Source: a bacterium (lineage in GTDB: Bacteria > UBA8248 > JACPRG01 > G963555815). Taken from it: a DNA stretch of 64,000 bases. Position numbers and translations under genes: made by a program. Each line of letters starts with the position of its first letter. Position 1 is the stretch's first letter. This document shows positions 31,616 through 41,700 of the stretch, piece by piece. Where the stretch lies: assembly GCA_965261595.1 (NCBI GenBank), contig CBDHDG010000005.1, positions 640,001 through 704,000 on the forward strand, written 5' to 3'. The notes under the pieces are model-generated. The model was not told where the DNA came from. It saw only the letters and a program-made list of their open reading frames with translations, and ran no database searches.

Positions 31616-32833
31616 ATGACCATTCAGACCGGCCGTAAGGCCCTGCTCGCGGCGGCGAATTCCCGCAAGAAAGACGTGGTCCGGTTTCTCCGCGACATGG
31701 TGGCGCTCCCGAGCCCGAGTCTCGGCGAAGAGAAGGTGGCCAAGCGGATCCTCCAGGAGATGAAGAAGCTGAAATACGACGAGTGCTGGATTGACCGGAT
31801 CGGCAACGTCATCGGGCGGATCGGCAAAGGCAAGACCCACCTCCTCCTCGACTCCCACATCGACACGGTCGGCGTGGGCGACCCCAAGGCCTGGACCATC
31901 GACCCCTTCAAGGGCAAAGTCGATTCCAAGGCGGTTTACGGCCGGGGATCGTGCGACAACAAAGGCGCTGTCGCGTCGATGGTCGTCGGGGCCCCCATCG
32001 TCAAGGAGCTGGGCCTACTCGACGACTACACCCTCTTCGTCATCGGGACGGTCATGGAGGAGGACCTCGACGGCTACGGCCTCCAGTTCGCCATCGAGAA
32101 GTCGCTCCCCAAGCTGGACGGCGTGTGCCTGGGCGAGCCCACGAACATGGGCGTCTACCGGGGTCACCGGGGGCGGATGGAGATCAGCGTCCGGGCCGGT
32201 GGAAAATCCTGCCACGCCTCCGCGCCCGAGCGCGGCGTGAACCCGATCTATAAGATGGGGCCGCTTGTTAACGCGATCGAGAAGCTCAACCGGCGGCTGA
32301 AGCCCGACCCTTTTCTTGGCAAAGGCACGGTGGCGGTGACGAAGATCGATTGCTCGACCCCCTCCCTCAACGCCGTGGCGGACGAGTGCGTCATCTACCT
32401 GGATCGCCGTCTGACGGCCGGCGAAAGCGCCAAGAGCTCGATCGCCGAGATCAAGGCCCTCAAAGAGGCGAAGGGAATGAAGGTCGGGATCCTGGACTAC
32501 GAGACCCGGAGCTATACCGGACAGAAGGTCGAGACGGACAAATACTTCCCGACGTGGGTGCTTCCCGAAAGCCACGCCCTCGTCCGGGCGGGCGCGGACG
32601 CGGCGCGACAGGTCCTGGGCCGCAAGCCCCGCATCGGTCGGTGGGTCTTCAGCACAAACGGGGTGTCGAGCATGGGGCGCCTCGGTGTGCCCACGATCGG
32701 CTTCGGCCCCGGCAACGAGATTGTGGCCCACTCGGCCAAGGAGTACATCGAGATCTCCCACCTGGTGAACGCGATGGCCTTCTACGCGGCGTTCCCGGGG
32801 TCCTATCTCAAGGTCAAGGGCGATAAGGTTTAA
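31616..32833 (+). CDS. ygeY: YgeY-family M20 metallohydrolase
   Basis: DSHIDTVGVG, GRGSCDNKG, MEEDLDG, RGHRGRMEI, SCHASAPERG, FLGKGT, FSTNGVS. Confidence 0.88.
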   Translation: MTIQTGRKALLAAANSRKKDVVRFLRDMVALPSPSLGEEKVAKRILQEMKKLKYDECWIDRIGNVIGRIGKGKTHLLLDSHIDTVGVGDPKAWTIDPFKGKVDSKAVYGRGSCDNKGAVASMVVGAPIVKELGLLDDYTLFVIGTVMEEDLDGYGLQFAIEKSLPKLDGVCLGEPTNMGVYRGHRGRMEISVRAGGKSCHASAPERGVNPIYKMGPLVNAIEKLNRRLKPDPFLGKGTVAVTKIDCSTPSLNAVADECVIYLDRRLTAGESAKSSIAEIKALKEAKGMKVGILDYETRSYTGQKVETDKYFPTWVLPESHALVRAGADAARQVLGRKPRIGRWVFSTNGVSSMGRLGVPTIGFGPGNEIVAHSAKEYIEISHLVNAMAFYAAFPGSYLKVKGDKV

Positions 32834-32859
32834 TGGAGAGGAGGGTCTGGACGACACAG

Positions 32860-33162
32860 TTCCCAGGGGGGCTTTTTTGAAAAACCGCCCCCCTGGCACC
32901 CCCCGAAAAACTTTCTGCGGCCAAGCCTGAAGGCTTGGCCTTACCTGGGGTGGGCGTGGGGTTGGCTGAAGCGATTGTCTGTGGCCTGCGGGTGGTGTTC
33001 GTCTTTGTCCGGATGCCCGTCCGTCTTCGACGGCCGCAGCATCCGGCCAAGGCGCCAGTTTCTTGCGATAGCGTGCGGCCCATAGGGCCGCACGCTATCG
33101 CGAAATGAAAGTTTTCGAGGGGGGTTCCAGGGGGGACAGTTTCCAAAATATTCCCCCTGGAA
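32860..33162. repeat. MITE/REPIN-like element with about 56-bp imperfect terminal inverted repeats and an internal perfect hairpin
   Basis: 32860-32915 matches the reverse complement of 33107-33162; 17-bp perfect stem at 33065-33101. Confidence 0.75.
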
Positions 33163-33201
33163 GATTGGTTCCGTATCTGAAAAGAGGATGGGAAAACAGC
33201 C

Positions 33202-34209
33202 ATGAAAACGAACATGACAGGGAAGGATTACATCTCCACGCAGGACTGGTCGGAGCAGGAGATCGAGACAGCCTTGCAAGTCTCGGATTACCTGAAAATG
33301 AAGATGGCCCTGGGCGAGCCTCACCGGCTTTTGGCCGACAAGACGCTCTTCATGATTTTCTTCGACAAATCCACCCGGACGCGGAACTCTTTCGAGGCGG
33401 GCATCACGCAGCTCGGCGGCCACGCCCACAACCTCACCCCGGACATGATGCAGATCTCCCACGGCGAAAGCCCCCAGGACACGGGGATCATCCTCTCCAG
33501 CTACGGCCACGGCATCGCCATCCGGCACGATTTGGTTCCGGGCGAGGGGGCCTCGTATATCCGGGAAATCGCGGAGCATGCCTACGTGCCGGTCATCAGC
33601 ATGCAGGACGACGTCGACCACCCCTGCCAGACCCTGGCCGACCTGATGACGATCCGCGAGCAGTTCGGCCGGAACCTGCGGGGTCTCAAGATCGCCGTCT
33701 CCTGGGCCTACGCCCCCAGCTACGCCAAGCCCATGAGCGTCCCCCAGGGCTTAATTCTCCTGATGACCCGATTCGGGATGGATGTCACCCTGGCGCACCC
33801 GCCCGAGTACGATCTCATGTCGCCGGTCCTGGAGCAGGCCCGGGCCAACGCCGAGGCGCATGGAACGAAGTTCGAGGTGACCGACGACATGGACGCCGCC
33901 TTCGAGGGGGCGCACGTCGTCTACCCCAAGAGCTGGGGGATCGAGTCCCTTTTCCATAAGCCCGAAGAGGCCTTGGAGATCAGCAAGAAGCACAAGGACT
34001 GGATTTGCGACGAGCGGCGGATGGGCCTGGCCGACAAGCGGAGCCGCTACATGCACTGCCTCCCGGCGGACCGGGGAAGCGAGGTGACGGACGCGGTCAT
34101 CGACGGCCCGCATTCGGTCGTGTTCGACGAGGCCGAGAACCGCCTTCATACGGCCAAGGCCCTGATGGCCCTCACGATGGGCGGCGGCCGGCCGTTCGAG
34201 GAGCGGTAG
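33202..34209 (+). CDS. Transcarbamylase, YgeW-like (knotted OTCase-family)
   Basis: STRTRNSF, HPCQTLAD, SWAYAPSYAKPMSVPQG (YgeW-type loop), YPKSW, MHCLPAD, EAENR. Confidence 0.85.
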   Translation: MKTNMTGKDYISTQDWSEQEIETALQVSDYLKMKMALGEPHRLLADKTLFMIFFDKSTRTRNSFEAGITQLGGHAHNLTPDMMQISHGESPQDTGIILSSYGHGIAIRHDLVPGEGASYIREIAEHAYVPVISMQDDVDHPCQTLADLMTIREQFGRNLRGLKIAVSWAYAPSYAKPMSVPQGLILLMTRFGMDVTLAHPPEYDLMSPVLEQARANAEAHGTKFEVTDDMDAAFEGAHVVYPKSWGIESLFHKPEEALEISKKHKDWICDERRMGLADKRSRYMHCLPADRGSEVTDAVIDGPHSVVFDEAENRLHTAKALMALTMGGGRPFEER

Positions 34210-34211
34210 TA

Positions 34212-34225
34212 GGGGGGGGGGGGGG
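34212..34225 (+). repeat. Poly-G(14) tract
   Basis: 14 consecutive G between the transcarbamylase and opine dehydrogenase genes. Confidence 0.85.
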
Positions 34226-34280
34226 TGAATACGCCCTCGGGTTCTTTCTTAACGGATCCTTTGAAGCGGGAGAGCGTCTC

Positions 34281-35384
34281 ATGACTTTATCCGTCAGCGT
34301 TCTGGGAGCGGGGGCCGGGGGGTTGTCGATCTCGGCGGACCTCTCCCGGGCCGGTCACCGGGTGACCCTGTTCGAAGCGGCGCGGTTCAAGGAGAACCTC
34401 GAGCCCATCCGTAAGCAAGGGGGCGTCTTCCTGATCGAGGGGGACGCCCAAGGGGAGGTTGTCCCCCTGGCCGGGGTGACGTCTGATCCCGGCCGGGCCG
34501 TCCGGGGGGCGGAGGTTGTGATCATCGTCGTCCCCTGTTTCGGCCATGAATGGTTCGCGAACACCTTTCTCCCCCGCCTCAACAGGGATCAGCTTGTCGT
34601 TTTCATGGGGGAAGGGGGGGGCGCCCTCGTCTTCCATGCGGTCAGGAAGAAGCTCGGAAAGGGGAAGGGCATTGTCGTCGGAGAGACGAACACCCTGCCC
34701 TATTCCGCCCGGATCACGGGTCCCGGCGCCGCAAACATCCGGGTCAAAAAAAGGGGGGGCGTGATCGCGGCGGCCCTGCCGGCGTCGGAGAACAACAACC
34801 TCCTGTCGGCCGTCCATGCGCTTTATCCGAACATCCGCCCCGCGACGAATGTCCTGGAGACCGTCCTGGTCAACTTCAACGCCATCGACCACGTGGCCAC
34901 GGTCCTGGCCAACGCCGGCCATCTGGAGAGCCGGACGACGAACATGCTCCTGTGGGGAGAGGGCGCGACGCCCTCGGTCGCGCGGTGCATCGAGACGGTG
35001 GACAACGAGATCCTGGCGATCCGGGGGGCATTGGGGTTCAAAGACCGGACGCCCTACCGCCACTGGTTGTTCGAACAGGGATTCCTCGCGAAGAAGCGGC
35101 GCACCACGTATGAGGCCATCCACGCCAGCGCCCTCGCCTCGAGCCGGTACCCGTGCGGCCCGGACGCCTTGAAAACCCGGTACGTGACCGAGGACGTGCC
35201 TTATTCCCTCGTCCTGATCTCTTCCATCGCCCGGGTGGCCGGGGTGGATGTCCCCCTGATCGACGGGCTGATCGCGATGGCGTCGGCGATGAACGGTGTA
35301 GACTACCGCGCGAAGGGGAGGACACTCGAAAAGCTGGGCGTCCGCGCGAAGGGGCCGAGAGAGCTTCTGGCGGCCGTCGGCTAG
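34281..35384 (+). CDS. NAD/NADP-dependent octopine/nopaline (opine) dehydrogenase family
   Basis: GAGAGG Rossmann, ETNTLPY, NFNAIDH, RYVTEDVPYSL, GRTLEKLG. Confidence 0.88.
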   Translation: MTLSVSVLGAGAGGLSISADLSRAGHRVTLFEAARFKENLEPIRKQGGVFLIEGDAQGEVVPLAGVTSDPGRAVRGAEVVIIVVPCFGHEWFANTFLPRLNRDQLVVFMGEGGGALVFHAVRKKLGKGKGIVVGETNTLPYSARITGPGAANIRVKKRGGVIAAALPASENNNLLSAVHALYPNIRPATNVLETVLVNFNAIDHVATVLANAGHLESRTTNMLLWGEGATPSVARCIETVDNEILAIRGALGFKDRTPYRHWLFEQGFLAKKRRTTYEAIHASALASSRYPCGPDALKTRYVTEDVPYSLVLISSIARVAGVDVPLIDGLIAMASAMNGVDYRAKGRTLEKLGVRAKGPRELLAAVG

Positions 35385-35400
35385 CCGAAGGGAGGACGTG

Positions 35401-35904
35401 ATGAGCGAGCACGATAAGTTCATGGCGATTGCCATGGAAGAAGCCCTGGCCGGGGTGAAAGAGGGCGAACAGCCTTTCGGGGCGTGCGTCGTCCGCGACG
35501 GCGAGGTCATCTGCAGGGCGCACAGCATCAAAGTGAATACGCACAACATCACCGCCCACGCGGAAACCCGGGCGGTCGGATTGGCCACCGAGGCCTTGAA
35601 GATCAACAGCCTCGCCGGCTGCACGTTCTATTCGGTCTGCGAGCCCTGTCCGATGTGCTGCGGGGCGATCCTGAACTCTCAGGTCTCCGCCCTCGTCCTG
35701 GGCGCGCGCCTCGCCAATTTGAAAAATTTCTCCGGGGATCAATTCAGCTCCGGCCAGTATGACGGCGGGACCTTCGACTTTCACGAATACTCCGCCGAGC
35801 GCTTGGCGGAACTTGTCGGATCGAAGATCCAAGTTATCGAGGGCGTCATGGAAGAGGAGTGCGAGAACCTCTACCGGAACGCTCAAGGCAAGCTCAGCCG
35901 GTAA
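35401..35904 (+). CDS. Zn-dependent nucleoside/nucleobase deaminase (cytidine deaminase fold, GuaD/TadA-like)
   Basis: PFGA, TAHAE, EPCPMC. Confidence 0.9.
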   Translation: MSEHDKFMAIAMEEALAGVKEGEQPFGACVVRDGEVICRAHSIKVNTHNITAHAETRAVGLATEALKINSLAGCTFYSVCEPCPMCCGAILNSQVSALVLGARLANLKNFSGDQFSSGQYDGGTFDFHEYSAERLAELVGSKIQVIEGVMEEECENLYRNAQGKLSR

Positions 35905-36101
35905 TGGGCGGCGTTCGGCCGGATTCGTGACGCCCCGGACGGACGCCGGCTATGCCCCCGCCAAGCATTGACCGGACGCCGGCAAGGGACCATCGGCCCT
36001 CGCCGGTGTTCGGAATCCCTCCATCAAACCAACGGTATGCTGTAGGATCAAATTCCGTTAACTGACAATGACATCAGGACCTCGGAGGCGGGAGACCTGA
36101 C

Positions 36102-37561
36102 ATGCCAAAGGGTGGCCGCCGTTCCGGGGCGAAGATTCTCGAAGCGCCCTACATCGTGACGATGGACGCGCAAAGGAGGGTTCTCAAGGGGGGAGCGCTC
36201 CTGGTGGAAGGGAACGCCATCTCCGCCGTCGGCTCTCGGGATGAGCTTTGGTCCCGGGCTCCCGGAGCGGAGCGCCTCGTCTTCGACCGGCATGTCCTCC
36301 TCCCCGGATTCATCGACTGCCACGAGCACGCGAGCCAGATGCTGGGCCGGGGGTTGGCGGACGATGTGGACGAGGTCACGGTCCGTTGGGGTTGGGACCG
36401 GATTTATCCGTGGGAGGCGATTCTGGAAGAGGAAGACGTCTACACGGGGGCCCTTCTCACGGCGGTGGAGCTGGTCCGGAACGGCGTCACGTGCTTCGCC
36501 GATCCGGGCGGGTTCCTGATGGACCCGGTGGCGAAGGCGGTCGCGGATCCGGCATCCGGGCCGTGCTCTCCGTGGGCGGGCTGGATACGTGGTCCGAGGG
36601 ATTCCCGCTTCCGGCGTCGGTCCTTCACGAAGATCCCGCCGGGTGGGCGCTTGGCGCCTCCGAGAGACTGATTGAAGATTGGCACGGCGCCCGGGGGGAT
36701 CGGGTCCGGTGCGGTTACAGCATTCGCGTATTGATGAACGCCTCGGAAGCCTTTGTCCTCGAGGTGGGGAGGCGGGCCCGGGAGCGCGGCCTCACCGTGC
36801 AGATTCATCTGGCCGTTTCACAAAGCCGGGTCCAGTGGGTGATCGATCAGACGGGTCGAAGGCCCGTGGAGTATCTCGACAGCCTGGGAATCCTCGGTCC
36901 GAACTGGATCCTGACCCATATGGGTTGGGTGGACGAGAGCGAGCTCCCGATTCTCAAGGATCGGGATGTCAAGGTCTGTCACTCCCCCGGCTCGTCCATG
37001 CACAACGCCCGGGGCGCCGTCAGCCGGGGCAAGTTCCCCGAGATGGCGGACCTGGGAATCTCGCTCTGCCTTGCGAGCGATGCCGCGGCCTGCAACAACA
37101 GTCTCGACATGTTCCGGGCGATGCACCTCACGTGCCTGGCGCACAAGGAGGCGCGGTTGAGATTGGACCTCTTCCCGCCCGAGACCGTCCTGGAAATGGC
37201 GACCCTGGGGGGGGCCAAGGCGCTGCTGTGGGAGGACGCGATCGGCTCCCTGGTGCCGGGGAAGCGGGCCGACCTCATCGCGGTGGACCTGCACAGGCCC
37301 AACCTGAGCCCGTTCTACGATTTTTCCTTGATCCCCAACCTGGTCTATTCGGGAGACGGGGCGAACGTCGCCTTCACCATGGTGGACGGACAGATCCTGA
37401 TGCGGGACCGGAAAATCCTGTTCACCGATGAAGACGCCCTCGTTTCGCGGGCCCAGGCCATCGGCTCGCGGCTGCTGGAGAAGGTTCCCTTTCGAATCGA
37501 GCCTCGATGGCCCTTCATCGACGCTGGGGGTTCGAGCCGGGCCGGAGCGTCGGCGGGATGA
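36102..37561 (+). pseudogene. Amidohydrolase (MtaD/AtzA-like) with frameshift near 36548
   Basis: PGFIDCHEH...GVTCFAD in frame 1; SGIRAVL...HSPGSS...ASD...GSLVPGKRAD in frame 2. Confidence 0.82.
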
Positions 37562-37658
37562 CGGGACCCCGGGGGATCGCCGAGGGGGATGCGAATGATC
37601 GGGCGGAGGATCCGGCATCGCCCTTTCCCCGTGAGCCCCTGACAGAGGAGCCCGCGAT

Positions 37659-38705
37659 TTGATTTTCGGAATTCGGCTTCCGCCGTGCGCGACTCCCCAG
37701 AGGGTGGCCGAGAGCGCGGCCCTGGCCGAGGAATGCGGGTTCGATTTCGTGTGGACGATGGATTCCCAGCTTCTCGCCTGGCGTCTGATGGACCCCTTTG
37801 TTTGCCTTTCGGCCTGCGCCCGGACGACCCGGCGGGTCAAGCTCGGCATCGCCGTGTGCAATCCGTTCACCCGCCATCCCGCGGCGACCGCGTGCGGGAT
37901 GGTCTCGCTGGATCAGCTTTCCGGGGGGAGGTCCGTTCTCGGGATGGGGACCGGCGGGAGCGCGCTGCGGACCATCGGGAGCCCCCTGGACAAGATGGAG
38001 GGCACGCACACGCAGCGGCGGAAGGTCCTGAGGGAATCGGTGATCTTCTTGAAATCGCTGTTCTCCGGCGAGGAGTGCGCCTTTCAGGGCGTGCCGATGA
38101 AACTGGATGTTCCCCTGCCGACGATTCCCGTCTATGTCTCCGCCTCGGGTCCGAAGATGCTCGAGTTGGCGGGAGAGCTGGCCGACGGGATCATCATTCA
38201 GTCCGGGATCGACCGGCGGTGCGTGGAGTCCGCGCTGGGTCACATCGAGAAGGGCGCCCGGAAGGCGGGGCGGTCTCTCGAAGAAATCGATCTCGTCGCC
38301 TAGACGTTTTGCTCCCTGGACGAAGACCGGGAGCTCGCCGTGGCCCGAGGGAAGCCCCTGGCGGCCTGGTTCTACGCGGCCGCGCCGCACCTGGTCGAGC
38401 TGGCCGGAGTCAAGGTGTCCCAGCGGCAGCCCGCAGTCAAGGTGTTCCCCGACTTGTTCCATCCGCTCGATATCGAGGAGGCCATGGAGGCCGCCGCGTT
38501 CATTCCGGATGAAGCGGTGGAACGGTTATGCCTGGTGGGGAGGCCGGACGAGGCGCTCGCCCGCGTCCGCGAGCTCGAGTCACCCGGCATCACGCAGGTG
38601 TTCTTGCGGAACTACAGCACGTACACCCTCCCCGATGACCTGATTCGTCCCTTCGGGAAGCACGTCATTCAACCGATGAAGGGTCTCTCGGCGCCGACTG
38701 GCTGA
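37659..38705 (+). pseudogene. LLM-class flavin/F420-dependent oxidoreductase interrupted by in-frame TAG at 38301-38303
   Basis: AEECGFD, NPFTRHP, SGGRSVLGMGTG, ASGPKMLELAGELADG; same frame continues past TAG (TFCSLDEDRELA...GITQVFL). Confidence 0.82.
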
Positions 38706-38734
38706 GCCGCGGGCCTGTCGCAAGGGGAATCGTC

Positions 38735-39933
38735 TTGCCGTTCTTCAAGCTTCTTCAGGGAGCGACGCTCTTTGGACCCTCGGAAATGGGACAGGGAGAC
38801 GTCCTGATCGCGGGAGAAAAGATCGCGGAGGTTTCGCCGGACCTGGGTCCGTTCGCCTCTTTGCCCGGGATCGAGGTCGTGGACCTGAAGGGAAGGGTTC
38901 TCACGCCGGGCTTCGTCGATCCCTATGTCCACATTTTTGGAGGCGGCGGGGGTGGCGGGTTTCAGACCCGCGGCCCCGAGTTGTTCCTGAGCGAGATCAC
39001 CTCGGCCGGAACCACGACCGTCGTCGGCGTCATCGGGACGGACGGAGTTACGAGAGACCTGACCGCCTTGTTGGCCAAGGCCCACGCGCTCGAAGAAGAG
39101 GGGATCACGACGCATCTCTGGAGCGGCGCCTATTTCTATCCTCCGCCCACCTTCACGGGATCGGCGTGGAGGGACCTGGTCCTGATCGAGAAGGTCCTGG
39201 GCGTGGGGGAGGTCGCCATCTCGGACGTTCGCTCGACCGAACCCACAATCCAGGAATTGACGCGTCTCGTGTCCGAGGCCCGGATGGGCGGCCGTCTGGC
39301 CGGAAAGCCGGGTTTGCTTCATTTGCACGTGGGCCCGGGGAAGGCGGGGTTGAAGCCCCCCTGTTCGAGGTCTGCGAAGGAAGCGAGGCGCCGATCACGC
39401 AGCTCTTCCCGACGCATCTGAATCGCACCCGGAAACTCCTGGAAGATGCGGCAAAGTTCGCGAAAGCGGGAGGGTTCATCGATCTGACGGCCTCCTTCAC
39501 GCCGGCCCGGGGTTTTCCGGCGTCCGTCCCCGCCGCCGAAGCCCTGGTCTATCTGCGGGAGGAAGGGGTCCCTCTCGATCGCGTCACACTCAGCACGGAC
39601 GGCAACGGCATCTTCATTCCGGAAGGCGACCGGGATTTCATCAAATGGCCTCTTTCCGCCCTCCACGAGCAGTTCCGTGAGGCCGTGACGGAAAGGGATC
39701 TGCCGATCCCCGACGTTCTTGCCACCATCACCGAGAACACGGCGAAGGTCCTGGGGCTCTATCCCGGGAAGGGGAGCCTCACCGCCGGGGCGGACGCGGA
39801 TCTGGTGATCCTCGATGGGGATCTTCAAATCGAGGGGGTCTACGCCCGAGGGAGAAAGATGGTGGAGGATGGGAAGCCGGTGATCTTCGGGCGGTTCGAG
39901 GCTGGGACGGATAAGGCGAAGGGACCAGAGTAG
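38735..39933 (+). pseudogene. iadA: Isoaspartyl dipeptidase (IadA)-like amidohydrolase with frameshift in the C6 run at 39356-39361
   Basis: GGGG...TRGPE, GTTTVVGVIGTDG, EEEGIT, GEVAISD, HLHVG; then FPTHLNR, STDGNG, GADADLV in a shifted frame. Confidence 0.78.
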
Positions 39934-40198
39934 TCCCTCGGCAAGTTGCTGAGAACTTCTTTTGGGTGCTAGGGGTGACCGTTGTCCCCGGCGGAGTGGA
40001 GAACCTTTTTAGGGGGATAAAAGGTGTCCTCCTCCCCGGGGAAAGAAAGCGTTTCTTCGCGACCCCCCATTTGGATAGAATGGATGTGCGTCATCGAAAC
40101 TGGGACTCTGGGAGCGGAGGCTCCCGGGACGAAGGAGTTCCGCGTGTGTTGACGACCGTTTCTCCTCACGCCGCGACCGGGTTGGGATAGGAGAGAGC

Positions 40199-41563
40199 AT
40201 GGCAAAAGACCTGCGGAGTTTCCTCGCTCATATCAAGGACCGAATCCTTTACATTCAAAAGCCCGCCGATCCACTTACGGAAATGGGCGGCATCTGTCAG
40301 CTTGTCGAGCAACCCGTCCTGTTTGAAAATGTCAAGGGCTATGAAGGGTGGAAGGTGGTCGACAGACTGTTCGCGTCACGGGAACTCGTGGCGCTTGCGG
40401 CGGGAGTTCCCTTTGACGGGATGCTCGAGCACCTGCGGGACAAATGGCTCCGACCGCCTGCCCACGAAGCAGTGACAGTGGACCACGCCCCCGTCAAGGA
40501 GAGAGTCGCCAAGGGCAAAGAGGTGGATCTGGAGTCCCTTCCCGTGGTCGTTTCCTCGCCCAAGGATTCCGGCCGCTTCCTTTCTGCGGCGCATCTGGTC
40601 TCAGTGAATCCCGAGACGGGCGACCTCAACGCTGCCTTCAGCCGGACCGAGTTGAAGGGCAAGAACCTCATCTCGTCTGGCCTCTTCCGACCCGATACGC
40701 TGCGAAACGTTACCCTGCACAAAGAACAGGGCCAGAAAACGATGCCTATTGCCCTTTGCATAGGCCACCATCCCGCCTTCGATCTCTCGGCTTCGGCCAG
40801 CTTCAATCACCCCGGCTACTCCGAGCACGAGATGACCGGAAATCTCTTGGGGGAGCCGGTCGAGCTGACCCAGTGCGAGACTGTGAATCTCAAGGTGCCG
40901 GCGCATGCGGAGATTGTGATCGAGGCCGAGATGGACCTCACCCAACACGTCCCGAACGGTCCGTTCGGGGAATACACGATTCACTATGGCTATGACGCAA
41001 ACGGCTATGGTTCCCGGGTGACCGCCATCCTCCGGCGCGAGGACGCAATCTATCGCCACCTCAACGCGACCCGGTTTACCGATCATCAGGTTCTGACAGG
41101 GATACCCCACGCGGTGCAGATCTACACTGACCTCATCAGCAAGGGGCATCAGGTCCACGACGTGGATTTTCCACCCTACGGGAGCCGCTTGCTCCTTGTG
41201 ATCAAGGCTACGCCGCGCTATGACGGGGAAGCCCGGGATATGTTCCTCACTGCCTGCGCCCGCAACGCCGTCGCCAAGTTCGTCGTCATTGTCGATGACG
41301 ACGTCGACATCGATGACCCCCGAGACATCTTCAATGTCTTGGCGACGAACGCGGACCCGGTGGAGAACCTGATGACGTTGGAGGGACTTCCCAGCAACGC
41401 TTTGAACCCGACGGCCAGGGATCGAACCAGCCCGTACACGTGCACGGGTCCCAAGATCCTGATCGACGCGACGCGGGGCTCGACGATGGGCCGGCCGGAG
41501 CGGCGCATGGAGATGGAGCGGATTGGTTTTTGGCCGAGGATTAACCTAGAGGATTTCCTGTAG
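40199..41563 (+). CDS. UbiD-family decarboxylase (no. 2)
   Basis: KDLRSF, VPAHAEIVIE, NGPFGEY, VDDDVD, KILIDAT. Confidence 0.9.
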   Translation: MAKDLRSFLAHIKDRILYIQKPADPLTEMGGICQLVEQPVLFENVKGYEGWKVVDRLFASRELVALAAGVPFDGMLEHLRDKWLRPPAHEAVTVDHAPVKERVAKGKEVDLESLPVVVSSPKDSGRFLSAAHLVSVNPETGDLNAAFSRTELKGKNLISSGLFRPDTLRNVTLHKEQGQKTMPIALCIGHHPAFDLSASASFNHPGYSEHEMTGNLLGEPVELTQCETVNLKVPAHAEIVIEAEMDLTQHVPNGPFGEYTIHYGYDANGYGSRVTAILRREDAIYRHLNATRFTDHQVLTGIPHAVQIYTDLISKGHQVHDVDFPPYGSRLLLVIKATPRYDGEARDMFLTACARNAVAKFVVIVDDDVDIDDPRDIFNVLATNADPVENLMTLEGLPSNALNPTARDRTSPYTCTGPKILIDATRGSTMGRPERRMEMERIGFWPRINLEDFL

Positions 41564-41700
41564 CTGTTCCTGAGTGCATTTTCACCCGCATGGGTTTGGA
41601 AGGTGGGGTCCATCGCCGATGGGGATTAGGGTAGTCCCCCGCTCTAGGGTTTTGTTAGACACTCGATTGATCCATGATTCATGGAGAAAGGGGTGTCGCG

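Noticed and set aside
33202..34209. Ordinary arginine-biosynthetic argF
   Set aside because: Lacks the SMG ornithine-binding motif, has the YgeW-type WAY-P-Y-KP-SVPQG loop, and lies next to ygeY
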